From Mobula hypostoma (lineage: Eukaryota): a stretch of DNA of 64,000 nt. Positions 12,111 through 24,386 of this stretch are shown in pieces (position 1 is the stretch's first letter; each line of letters begins with the position of its first letter). A program made the translations under genes and the position numbers. The notes below the pieces were generated by a model. The model saw nothing but the letters and a program-made list of their open reading frames with translations, ran no database searches and had not been told where the DNA came from. Location of the stretch: the NCBI RefSeq assembly GCF_963921235.1, contig NC_086097.1:91576001-91640000 (forward strand), read 5' to 3'.

Positions 12111-12959
12111 CTTTATTGAAAGCAACCACAAGAAAACAAAAATCACATGTTATTACGTGGAACAAGCTGCACTGGAGGGTTGTGTCAAATTAAGAACTTA
12201 TCCTTTCCTTGCTGGCTGTTCACATTCAGGTCCATTTCACAAACATCCCAAATTTTTATTAAGTTCATACACACATTTAGAGAGTTAGGCAAGATCCAAT
12301 CATAATAGGACAAAATACAAAAAGAATGTTTCAACATTACATTCAGAATATTTACATTTTCAAATGCCCCCTCCAACTCTTTCTTTTGAATCGATTGCTC
12401 TGACTATTCGAAGTAGTGGTTTGGCACAAAACAGATCAATGACTGTGTACTGATCTGCTGAAACTAGGTGGCTGGAGATCTATAACTGTGGACACAGTTG
12501 AAATTTTAAACGGACACATGCCTTACTGATGGGGGATCAATGGGGGGGGGGTCTGTTTTGTCTGAAGTATACAGCTGGTGGCTATCAATCTGGATCTAAT
12601 TCTGTCAGACTACTGGTGGAAAATGTGGTTTAAAATATCACAGTGATATATAAATGGCTAGAGGAAAACAAGGTAAGGGAAACTGCCTGAATCTGAACAA
12701 GACGATTAACTTGTTTAACTAAGCTGATATTTTTGACCATCTAAAATTTCCCATCATCCTTTTACACCCCACCCTCCTCTCCAACTCCATTTAAAGAAGC
12801 TTCTCTTTGCTGAAGCCTTTGGTTACAGATATTGAAACGTTGATTCTGTTTTTCTCTGGGCAGCATGTTAATTAATCTTGTTTGATAATATTCCTGTAAA
12901 ATATCTTAGAGCATTTCAATATATTGGGGTTGCAGTTCAAAGCAGGTTGAAAGAACACT

Positions 12960-15725
12960 GTGGGAGCCGCCATTGTGTGACTCAGCCGGGATGAGATTGG
13001 GGAGCTGAGGCTTTGGCGAGGACAGCTGGAGGGTGAGGTAAGCTTCTGATATGTTTCTTTCTTTCGTATTGCACAGTTAGAGCATTGGAAATGCTACTCA
13101 GGACAGTAGAATGCTCCTCTTGTGGGATGCTAAGACAGGGATATCTCCTGTCTTTTGAAGAAGTGCATCCAGCTAGAGCTCCTTACAGACAACATTAGGG
13201 AATTGTTACTGATTTGGATCATTCAGGAAACGGAGGGGTTGATAAAAAGGAGATACAGGGAGGCAGTTACACCTAAGGTGCAAGGCACAAGTAACTGATG
13301 ACCGTCAGGACTGGGTAGGGAATAGGCAGCCAATGAGGGCACCCCCTGTGACCGTTCCCCTCAATAACAAGTACATTATTTTGGATACTATTGGGAGGTG
13401 GGGAATGACCTAGCAGAGGAAAGCCACATCAGCCAGGTCTCTGACACTGAGGCTGGCTCTGTGACTCAGAAAGGAAGAGTTGTAGTGATAAGGGATTCAT
13501 TGAGTAGATGACCAGACAGGAGGTTCTGTGGACGAGAACGAGATTCCCAGAATGGTATGTTGCCTTCCTGGTGCCAGAGTCAGGGACATCTCAGATTGAG
13601 TCCACTGCATTCTTAAGGGAGAGGAGGAGGAGGAGACTAGTGAGGCTAGGAATAGGAAGATCATACAGTACCAACATGTGGCTAAGGAGAAGGGGCAGGA
13701 GGGAGGACTTCAGATTTTTGGATCATTAGGTTCTCTTCCAGCAAAGATGTGACCTATACAAACAGAACAGTTTGTACTTGAAATGGAGGGGAGCTAATAT
13801 TTTCACCAGAAGGCTAACACTGCTCCAGCGTATTTAAACTAGAGTTGCAGTGGGATGGGAACCAGAGTGCAAGGGTACCTAGTGGAGTGGTTGTAGGGAA
13901 AATAGATATTAAGCCTACATACAAAGAAAACAACCGAAAGGTTGAGCATGGTGGCATTAATGTTCTGAGTTGTGTCTATTTCAATACAAGGGGTATTGTA
14001 AGTAAGACAGATGAGCTTAGAGCATAGATCATCATGGCAAATGGGTGAGACTTAATAGCAGGAAGAGCAGGACTGGAAGCTCAACGTTCCAGGATTCTTT
14101 TGCATAAGAAGAAAGGAGGCACAGGTACCTCAAGTCCTACACCACCAAGTTCAAAAACAGTTACTACCCCCTCAAAGATCAGGCTCATGAACCAGCCCAA
14201 CATTGAGCTGATTCCACAACCTATGGACTCACTTTTAAAGACTCTACAACTCACAATCTCAATATTTATTGCTTATTTATTCATTCTTTTATATTTTTTC
14301 TTTTCTTTTTGTATTTGTGCAGTTTTGTTATCTTTTGCACATTGGAGGTTTGTCTGTCTCTGTCATGTATGATTTTTCATTGATTCTATCGTTTCTGATT
14401 AGAGATAATCAACTTGGGTTTGTGCATGATAGGTCATGTCTAACCAATTTTATAGAGTTTTTTGAGGAAGTTACCAGGAAAGGTTACCAGGAAGGCAGTG
14501 GATGTTGTCTTGGTAAAGTCCATGTAGGCCTTTGATAAAGTTCTGCATAGGAGGCTGATCCAGAAGGTTTACTTGCTTGGCTTCAGGATGAAGTAGGAAA
14601 CTGGATTAAAGATTGACTCAAAGGGAGAAGCCAGTGAGTGGTATTAGATGTTTGTCTCTCTGATTGGAGGCATGTGACTTGCAGTGTGTTGCAGGGACCA
14701 GTGGTGAATCTGCTGTCATTTGTCATCTATACCCACAATCTATGTCGTAAACTGGATCAACACTTTTGTGGATGACATCAAGACTGGGAACATAGTGGAC
14801 AGTGAGGAAGGTTATCAAAGCTTACAGTGAGATCTGTACCAGATGGAAAAATGGCAGATGGAATTTAATGCAGTTAAGTGCAAGTTGTTCCATTTTGGGA
14901 GAAAGGGAGGGCATTGAGGAGTGTGGTAGAACAAAGGGATCTTGGAAGACAGATCCTTAATTTCTTGAAAGTGGTGTCAAAGGTAGGTAGGGTCCTAAAG
15001 AGAGCTAGTGACATATTGACCTTCATAAATCAGAACAATGCACACAAAATGCTGGAGGAACTCAGCAGGCCAGACAGCACCTATGGAAAAGAGCGAACAG
15101 TTGACATTGTGGGACAAGTCCCTTCTTTAGGAAGTAATTTAAATTCATAAATTCAGAGTACCGATGTTACATTGAATTTGGTTAAGATGTTGGTGAGGCC
15201 AAATTTAGAGTATTGTGTGTAGTTCTGGTCACCTAACCACAGGAAAAACTATCAATAAAATTGAAAGACTACAAAGAAAATTTACAAGGATGTTGTCTGA
15301 ATTATAGGGAAAGGCTGAATAGGGTATGACTTTACTTTTTAAAGCATAGGAGAATGAGGGGAGATTTGATAGAGGCATACAAAATTATGAGATTTAGTTA
15401 GGTTAAATGCAAGCAAGCTTTTTCCACTAAGGTTGGGTGAAACTTGAACTAGAGGTCATAAGTTAAGTGTAAAAGTTGAAATATTTAAAGTAACCTGGGG
15501 GTGAACATCTTCACTCAAAGGATGATGCAAGTTTGGAACGAGCTGCCAGTTGAAGTATGGATGAGGGTTTGATTTACGAGAAATTTGGCTAAGTACTGTA
15601 CATGGATGGGAGCAATGTGGAGGGCTATGGTCCAGGTGTGGGTTGATAGGACTCGGCAGAATAACAGTTTGACATAGTCTAGATGGGCCGAAGAGCCTGT
15701 TTCTGTGCTGTAGTGTTCCATGACT
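12960..15725 (+). mobile_element. Old degraded CR1 LINE (5'UTR, ORF1, deleted ORF2, 3' end) with internal insertions
   Basis: ORF1-like (PLNNKY, VVIRDSL, MVCCLPGARVRDIS) and RT-like (GFVHDRSCLTNFIEFFEEVT) remnants collinear with the CR1 at 17.8-22 kb. A Rex1-like tail piece (~14115-14395) and a Penelope end (~15035-15135) are inserted. Confidence 0.85.
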
Positions 15726-16544
15726 CGAATATTTAATGCTAATAATGTGGGAGTCATTAGCACAGGCAAGCTCTTTGGCATTTTGAAGCAGCTTCAATTT
15801 TAAGTTTAATTATTTTAAGCCTAAGCATTATCTTGTTGACGTCCTTCAGATTGATTGTAATTTAAGTGTATGGTTTAGCAGCCAGGATTCTTCGTCAAAC
15901 CAATAACCGCCGCGAACAAAACTGGCTGACTGAAGAGCCAGCAAAATAATGGGTAGAAAATCCATTTAAGCCTCAAGCTTCAGTTACTTTTTCCGGCTGT
16001 TTTGACACATTATGCTTCAGTGGCACTTAACTGACAAAAGGTTGCAGAGAACTTGTGTAATATTGAATAACATCTGCCAACTGGAAGGGGCATTTGAGTC
16101 TTAAAATATCACACACAAAAGGTTGGTAAAGCATAAGTGCCATAATCCTTGACATGTGTAACATGACTTGGACATGAGTGAGAGGCAGGAAGCATTGTAT
16201 TCTTCCCTGTAAAGGGTCTATTCTTAAAGATCTGACATCAGAATGAGGAACAGACTTTTCAGAGATAAGTAATTAACCAGGCAATTATTAAAACTTTAGA
16301 GTTTTACCATTGGCACTTTGCTTATCAAAACCATATTTAAAAATATGATTATCTGTGCAATTTAGAGGTGATTAAAAGGAACAGAACATAGATAACTACA
16401 AGGAACGATCTGGGGTTCTCTACTCCTTTTTCTTCACCACACATAGAGCAATCAAAGAATTTGTTAACTCAAGAATCAATAATCTCTCCACATGAATGAT
16501 ATCAATCCAAGTGTTGATAAGAATCAACTGTAGAAGTTGGAAGT

Positions 16545-17455
16545 CAAAAATAAAAACAAAATATTGTTGGAAACATTTAGCAGATCAGGCAGCAGCTGTG
16601 GAAATAGAAACCGAATTAATTCTTCAGATCCAAGACCCTTTGTGTTCCAGAACTGGGAAAGAGAGAAACACAGTTTTAAATTGCAGAGGCCTGGGAGGGT
16701 TATATAGGAGAAAGAACTATCTCTGCTGTGATCAGGTAAACTATTCAAGTAACTTGATTGATGGTTTAATGAGAGCAGTTGCAATGCAGAAACAAAACAT
16801 AGCCTGGCTGATACAATACTCAGTCACCAGGGCCAACCCGGGATTCCTGCAGTCTGTCACTTTTTTCCATCCCACTCTGACCAACCTGCTTGTGGTCTCC
16901 AGTAATGGTCCAACATATATGCTTCAGGAAAAGCATGTCACTTTCCATCTGGACACACTGTAGCCTTTGGGATTCAATCTGAATTTTCCAGCTTCAGGTT
17001 ACTCACTTTCTCTGTATCAGAACAGATGAATTCTGCCAGCTGTTATGTATCTGTAACAATCCAGTTTTTCTTCTGTCCATTAGCGTGGTCTGACCTGTTT
17101 AACAGTTCTGTATTTCACAGCTTTTACATTCCTTTGTTTCTATTTTCCTTAACTGTCCACACCACTCAGACTTCAAGATTTTTGTTCACGTTTTCTCCAA
17201 CGGCCCTCAATAATCCAGCAAGCTGATTATTTGACCAGCATCTTAATGCAGCAGTAACCCTGAGCTCTTAACCATGACTTCACACTATCAGAGATTCACT
17301 TCATCCTATCTATCCATCCCTAACCTCTCTGGAAGTAAACACACTCAGCTTTCTTTCACACAAGTTCTAACAAAGGATCATAGGGCTGAAACGTCAAACC
17401 TCTTTCTCTTCCCTAGCTGCTGCCCTACCTGTTGAGTATTTCCAACATTTTTTTC
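16545..17455 (+). mobile_element. Old Penelope-like element remnant with inverted terminal repeat
   Basis: 16920-17000 reads LQEKHVTFHLDTL*PLGFNLNFPAS, resembling the PLE GIY-YIG C-terminus (LEEQHLIFRLGTLQP.GLN.EF). pLTR-like ends lie in opposite orientations at ~16550-16640 and ~17360-17450. Confidence 0.65.
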
Positions 17456-17489
17456 ATTCACTGATCCATCTATTTGTCTATCTAACTCT

Positions 17490-17776
17490 TTATTTATTTA
17501 TGAGATGCAGTGTGGAATAGGCCCTTCTGACCCCATTGGGCCATGCTGTCCAACAATCTCACGACATATTCCGAGCCTAATCACAGGACAGGTTACAATC
17601 ACCAATTCACCTGCCAACTTGTACATCTTTGGACTGTGGGAAGAAACAGGAGCACCTGGAGGAAACCAACGCTGTCACAGGGAGAACGTACAAACTCCTT
17701 AAAGGCAGTGGCAGGATTTGAACCCATGCCGCCTGTGCTGTAAAGCCTTGTGCTAACCACTATGCTACTGTCCTGC
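17490..17776 (-). mobile_element. V-SINE/HE1-like SINE
   Basis: Core gtacatctttggactgtgggaagaaacaggagcacctggaggaaacc; tRNA-like head on the minus strand (agcatagtggttagcac...gggttcaaatcc); related copies at 29.6, 58.7 and 59.5 kb. Confidence 0.75.
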
Positions 17777-17810
17777 ATTTTATTAAACATCCTGTGCAAT
17801 ATCATTCAAT

Positions 17811-20800
17811 AAACCATAGAAACCATAGAAACTACAGCACAGAAACAGGCCTTTTGGCCCTTCTTGGCTGTGCCGAACCATTTTCTGCCTAGTCCCACTG
17901 ACCTGCACACGGACCATATCCCTCCATACACCTCCCATCCATGTATCTGTCCAATTTATTCTTAAATGTTAAAAAAGAACCCGCATTTACCACCTCATCT
18001 GGCAGCTCATTCCATACTCCCACCACTCTCTGTGTGAAGAAGTCCCCCCTAATGTTCCCTTTAAACTTTTCCCCCCTCACCCTTAATCCATGTCCTCTGG
18101 TTCTTTTCCTCCCCTTGCCTCAGTGGAAAAAGCCTGCTTGCATTCACTCTATCTATACCCATCATAATTTTATATACCTCTATCAAATCTCCCCTCATTT
18201 TTCTACGCTTCAGGGAATAAAGTCCTAACCTATTCAACCTTTCTCTGTAACTGAGTTTCTCAAGTCCTGGCAACATCCTTGTAAACCTTCTCTGCACTCT
18301 TTCAACCTTATTTATATCCTTCCTGTAATTTGGTGACCAAAACTGAACACAATACTCCAGATTCGGCCTCACCAATGCCTTATATAACCTCATCATAACA
18401 TTCCAGCTCTTACACTCAATACTTTGATTAATAAAGGCCAATGTACCAAAAACTCTCTTTACGACCCTATCTACTTGTGACGCCACTTTTAGGGAATTTT
18501 GTATCTGTATTCCCAGATCCCTCTGTTCCACTGCACTCCTCAGTGCCTTACCATTAACCCTGTATGTTCTACCCTGGTTTGTCCTTCCAACGTGCAATGC
18601 CTCACACTTGTCTGTATTAAACTCCATCTACCATTTTTCAGCCCATTTTTCCAGCTGGTCCAAGTCCCTCTGCAGGCTCTGAAAACCTTCCTTACTGTCC
18701 ACTACACGTCCAATCTTTGTATCATCAGCAAATTTGCTGATCCAATTTACCACATTATCATCCAGATCATTGATATAGATGACAAATAACAATGGACCCA
18801 GCACTGATCCCTGTGGCACACCACTAGTCACAGGCCTCCACTCAGAGAAGCAATTCTCTACCACCACTCTTTGGCTTCTTCCATTGAGCCAATGTCTAAT
18901 CCAATTTACCACCTCTCCATGTATACCTAGCGACTGAATTTTCCTAACTAACCTCCCATGCGGGACCTTGTCAAAGGCCTTAATGAAATCCATGTAGACA
19001 ATATCCACTGCCTTCCCTTCATCCACTTTCCTGGTAACCTCCTCGAAAAACTCCAATAATTTGGTCAAACATGACCTACCACGCACAAAGCCATGTTGAC
19101 TCTCCCTAATAAGTCCCTGTCTATCCAAATGCTTGTAGATTCTGTCTCTTAGTACTCCCTCCAATAACTTACCTACTACCGACGTTAAATTCACCGGCCT
19201 ATAATTTCCCGGATTACTTTTCGATCCTTTTTTAAACAACGGAACAACATGAGCCACTCTCCAATCCTCCGGCACTTCACCCGTAGACAGCGACATTTTA
19301 AATATTTCTGCCAGGGCCCCCGCAATTTCAACATTAGTCTCCTTCAAGGTCCGAGGGAACACTCTGTCAGGTCCCGGGGATTTATCCACTTTAATTTTCC
19401 TCAAGACAGCAAGCACCTCCTCCTTTTCAATCTGTACAGTTTCCTTGATCTCACTACTTGTTTCCCTTAATTCCATAGACTTCATGCCAGTTTCCTTAGT
19501 AAATACAGATGCAAAAAACCTATTTAAGATCTCCCCCATTCCCTTTGGTTCCGCACATAGCCGACCACTCTGATCTTCAAGAGGACCAATTTTATCCCTT
19601 ACAATCCTTTTGCTCTTAATATACCTGTAAAAGCTCTTTGGATTATCCTTCACTTTGACTGCCAAGGCAACCTCATGTCTTCTTTTAGCCCTCCTGATTA
19701 CTTTCTTAAGTATTTTCTTGCACTTCTTATACTCCTCAAGCACCTGATTTACTCTGTTTCCTATACATTTCATACAACTCCCTCCTCTTCTTTATCAGAG
19801 TTGCAATATCCCTTGAGAACCAAGGTTCCTTATTCCTATTCAATTTGCCTTTAATCCTGTCAGGAACATACAAACTCTGCACTCTCAAAATTTCCCCTTT
19901 GAAGGCTTCCCACCTACCAATCACATCTTTGCCAGAGAACAACCTGTCCCAATCCACGCTTTTTAGATCCTTTCTCATTTCTTCAAATTTGGCCTTCTTC
20001 CAGTTCAGAACCTCAACCCTAGGACCAGATCTATCCTTGTCCATGATCAAATTGAAACTAATGGTGTTATGATCACTGGAACCAAAGTGCTCCCCTACAC
20101 AGACTTCCGTCACTTGTCCTAACTCGTTTCCTAACAGGAGATCCAATAGTGCATCCCCTCTAGTTGGTCCCTCTATATATTGATTTAGAAAACTTTCCTG
20201 AACACATTTTACAAACTCTAAACCATCTATACCCCTAACAGTATGGGAGTCCCAATCAATGTATGGAAAATTAAAATCCCCTACCACCACAACTTTATGT
20301 TTCATGCAGTTGCCTGCTATCTCTCTGCAGATTTGCTCTTCCAAGCCTCGTTGACTATTGGGTGGTCTGTAATACAATCCCACTAATGTGGCCATACCTT
20401 TCCTGTTTCTCAGCTCCACCCATAAGGACTCAGTAGACAAGCCCCCTAATCTGTCCTGCCTGAGCACTGCTGTAATATTTTCCCTAACAAGCAATGCTAC
20501 TCCCCCCACCTTTCAATCCTCTGCCTCGATCACATCTGAAACATCGGAACCCTGGAATATTAAGCTGCCAGTCCTGTCCCCCCCTGTAGCCAAGTTTCAC
20601 TAATTGCTATAACGTCATAATTCCACGTGTCAATCCACGCCCTCAACTCATCCGCCTTCCCCGCAATACTCCTAGCATTGAAATATATACACCTCAGAAG
20701 ATTTTTACCACCACTCACAAACTTTCTATCAGCGGATTTGCTTGAACTTTTAACATCATTTATTTTCACCCCAGCCACACTGTCAGCTCTGGCACTCTGG

Positions 20801-22050
20801 TTCCCATCCCCCTGCAAATCTAGTTTAAAGCCTCCCCAATAGCACTAACAAACCTCCTTGAAAGGATATTGGTCCCCCTGTAGTTCAAGTGTAACCCGTC
20901 TCTCTTGTACAGGTCCCACCTGCCCCAGAAGAGGTCCCAATTATCCTGAAATCTGAAACCTTGCCCCCTACACCAGTTCCTCAGCTACTTGTTCATTCTT
21001 CAGAGCATCCTATTCCTACCCTCACTGGCACCTAGCACAGGTGGCAATCCTGAGATTACCACCCTCGAGGTCCTGCTTTTCAACTTCCTACCAAGCTCTC
21101 TATACTCACTCTCCAGGACCTCCTCACTCTTCCTTGCTATGTCGTACCAATGTGTACCACGACATCTGGCTGATCACCCTCCCACTTCAGAATGTCATGC
21201 AAGCGATCAGAGACATCCTTGACCCTGGCACCCGGGAGGCAACAAACCATCCTGGATTCTCTGTCACGACCACAGAACCTCCTATCTGCACCTCTAACTA
21301 TCGAGTCCCCTATCACTACCGCTCTCCTCTTTTTCCACCCTTCCTTCTGCACTGCAGAGCCAGACCCAGTGCCAGAGATCCGGCTACTGCAGCTTGTCCC
21401 AGGTAAGTCATCCCCCCAACAGTATCCAATGCGGTATACTTGTTGTTGAGGGGAATGGCCACAGGGGAACCCTGCTCTGCCTGCCCTTTCCTCTTCCCTC
21501 GCCTGACAGTGACCCAATTTCCTGTCCTCTGCTCCTTTGGCGTAACTACCTCCCTGTAGCTACTATCTATAATCTCCTCATTCTCCCGAATGATCCGCAG
21601 GTCATCCAGCTCCTGCTCCAGTTCCCTAACGTGGTTTGTCAGGAGTTGCAGCTGGATGCACTTCTTGCAGGTGTCGTTGTCAGGGACACCAGAGAGCTCC
21701 CTGACTTCCCACATCCTGCAAGAGAAGCATTCCAACATCCTGCCTGGCATTCTCACTGCACTAAACAATCTGAACAAAAAACTTACCAGAACCTACCCTG
21801 GCCTCTGCCTGTTCTCGCCGAAGCCTGTTGAGACAAAGCCGTCCCACTCTGACTCAGTCCACTCCGACGATGGCCGCTGTATATGGCGGTCTGCTTTTTA
21901 AACCTTGGCGCGCTACGTCACGTGCCTGCGCAGTGCAGACCCTTCTCCCTGAGCAGTGTTTTTAAAAAAAATGACTTTTTCTACCCGATTTCTTCACTCC
22001 CTTCTTCTCAGCTGCTTGCTTCGACTGAAACAAGAACCGTTAAAAACCCT
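17811..22050 (-). mobile_element. Near full-length young CR1 LINE (ORF1 with SGNH esterase; ORF2 endonuclease + RT), pseudogenised
   Basis: ORF1 has CxxC..CxxC, a coiled coil and VVIGDSIVRG. ORF2 has [39 protein letters not shown] and KFADD. 3' tail (TTTCTATGG)n at 17811-17831. ORF2 is broken by a few frameshifts and a TAG at 18628-18630. Confidence 0.95.
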
Positions 22051-22272
22051 TCCCAATATCCCTTTACCAACTGCAACACTATTGTCACTATTCCAGCTCC
22101 TTTATACATTGAGCCTTGACAACAATTTCTATCAACAACTTTGGTTAAGGATTGCAACCTAACAACATAAGAGAAAATAACTCTCCCAACTTGCATCTGC
22201 ACAGAACTACTGCAGCAAAAAAACCATAAATCTTTCCTTTTTTAATAGTTTAATTTCAGCAAGGCCTACTCA

Positions 22273-22889
22273 CAGATATCTCACCTCTCCCGGAACTTCT
22301 GGGAGTCTCCTGCATATTACTAGTGGCTCCCTGATGCTGCAAGTTATATACAATATCACGGAAATCAATTTTTTTGAGAGCGAGCAAGAGAAAAGCAAGA
22401 GAGAGCGCGAGAGCAACTATGAGAGAGAGCACGTGCGAGAGAGGAAGAAAGCAAGCGAGAGCGCATGAGTGAGGGAGGGAGAGAGAGCGAGCACACTTGA
22501 GAGCGCGCGAGTGACCATGAGAGAGAGAGAGAGAGCGCGAGAGCGCGCCATGACAGAGTGTTCCAAAAAAAAATATAAAATATACGTCACCCCAGACTAC
22601 ACTAAAGTGTACCCCTGCCTAATAGGGGTCAAAATAATGACAGTGTTGCTCGCTGCACTGTTTGCAACAATGACTTTTCTATTGTCCATGGTGGGTTAAG
22701 ACTGTAAAAGACATGTTGAGGTGAGTTTAACAGGTGTCATTCGTTCATTAGCATAGCTAACGTTATTTAAACTAGCTGGCTAGCTGCTAAGGAGCTACTC
22801 TATTGCAGACATCCCACCTCTCCCGGAAGTCTCCCATAAATTGATGGTGCCACCTGCCTGAAATGAGTTTTTGCAGGGTGGGATGTCTG
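22273..22889 (+). mobile_element. Non-autonomous DNA transposon (hAT-like) with BED-type zinc-finger remnant and 6-bp TSD
   Basis: TIRs cagatatctcacc / ggtgggatgtctg; TACTCA duplicated at 22267-22272 and 22890-22895; internal frameshifted ARCTVCNNDFSIVHGG..DCKRHVE. Confidence 0.75.
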
Positions 22890-23339
22890 TACTCAGTGCT
22901 GAGATATTTTTATTGTTAACTATTATTGGCATTTTAGTTTACACTCACAAGTACATTCAAGCCAAAGGGATTCGGATTAATGGCTGCCAAGAACTCTATG
23001 TTGTAATGAGGTGCATGCCATGATAAAATGCTCCACAACATGAGATGCATGTAAAACAGCAATCACAGACCTGCATTATTACATTAATATTTCACCAAAG
23101 AACAGAAATGTAAACAGTTCAGTTGATAGAACCTTTATGATAACATGTAGAAGTTATACAAAGTTAGCATACAATGACATGGCTACCATCATCTGATTTT
23201 GATGAAAGCCAAGGAAACTGTTGCTGTCAAAGCTGTATGCTAAAGTTCCTCCATGTGTTTCCCATTCATACACTGTGCAATGTCTATAGAAACTTTCGAA
23301 AAGAAATCCAACCACATGGTATGAAAGTAACAACTGTAC

Positions 23340-23448
23340 CTTTTCTGCTTGTATGTTAACATTGCTTCCGCTATAGGTAACTGGTGAGCAATGTTTGCAT
23401 TGGAGATGTACTGGGTAACTCTAGAGACAACATCCGGTATTTCCTGCA
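23340..23448 (-). CDS. PACS2: PACS2 coding exon ([36 protein letters not shown])
   Basis: 109 nt in ORF 23240..23464; ttgcag| acceptor, |gtacag donor; phase 1/2; [11 protein letters not shown] motif. Confidence 0.95.
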
Positions 23449-23874
23449 CTGCAATTAGACACAATTAACAGGTTAAACAATGTTAATTAACAGTCTGCCT
23501 TTCTCACCAATGCACAGACGTATTCAGAAAATGAACAACTGGACAAAAACAAAAGTACTTTTGAAATGAACTTTGATCAGAGATTCTTTGTTCCAACTTT
23601 TAAGAACACTATACAGAGCAATGCAATACGAAAGAAAACATGAACTTGCATTTGAAAGAAATAGTTTTCATTACAACTGGGTATCAGTCAGTGAATGGTA
23701 GTTACTGCTGTAATGTGGGAAACATGGCACTCAATTTGACTAAAGTGTTATTTTACAACCAGTGATGAAAGGATGATCAGTTAATCTACTACGGGCCTGT
23801 TCATTGAGGAGCATATATTAGATTGTGAACTGGAGAGAATATTCCTGGTCTTCTACACATGGTACTGCTCAATT

Positions 23875-24380
23875 TTCAAGTTCAAGTTTAACCATATATG
23901 ATATATCCGGGTCCAAGATGCAAAACACATTGCCAACAGCACACACCATACTGCACATAGCACAAAGCCCAAAAAGCACATAGAGCTACGATTTCAGAGC
24001 AAACTTATAGTCACAAAGAAAAAAAATACAGCCCAAGTCCCTGCGTAGCATGAACGTAGATTGTCCTGGTCCAGCTTGTTCTTCCACCAAGCCAACACCG
24101 GAGAGCAGCACTGAGTGAACACTGGGTGGCAGCACTGAATGACCACCAGAGGGCAGCATCAACAAGAGGGGACAGCCCCCCAACCCAGTATGGGTTCCAG
24201 CACATCCAACAGAGGCCCTGCTCTCTCCCACACCACCTCGACTCCCTTCCACTGGGTGGCTGCCTATTCCTCACCTCGGCCCCGGCCTATTCCTCATCAC
24301 AAACAAGGAAACACAGCTCCCCCACAGTCGGTCTTGCTAATGAACCAGTGAACCAGACTTGCAGTATTCTAATTTTGTTT
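23875..24380 (-). mobile_element. Non-autonomous interspersed repeat with Rex1-like (TTGAAC)n tail
   Basis: Plus strand starts ttcaagttcaagtttaa, followed by a GC-richer body unlike the flanking intron. Confidence 0.4.
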
Positions 24381-24386
24381 TATATA

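Noticed and set aside
16496..16963. 155-aa ORF
   Set aside because: Runs through a decayed Penelope remnant; only its last codons resemble the endonuclease end. Not a gene.
17700..17776. tRNA-like A/B boxes
   Set aside because: Head of a SINE, not a cloverleaf tRNA gene.
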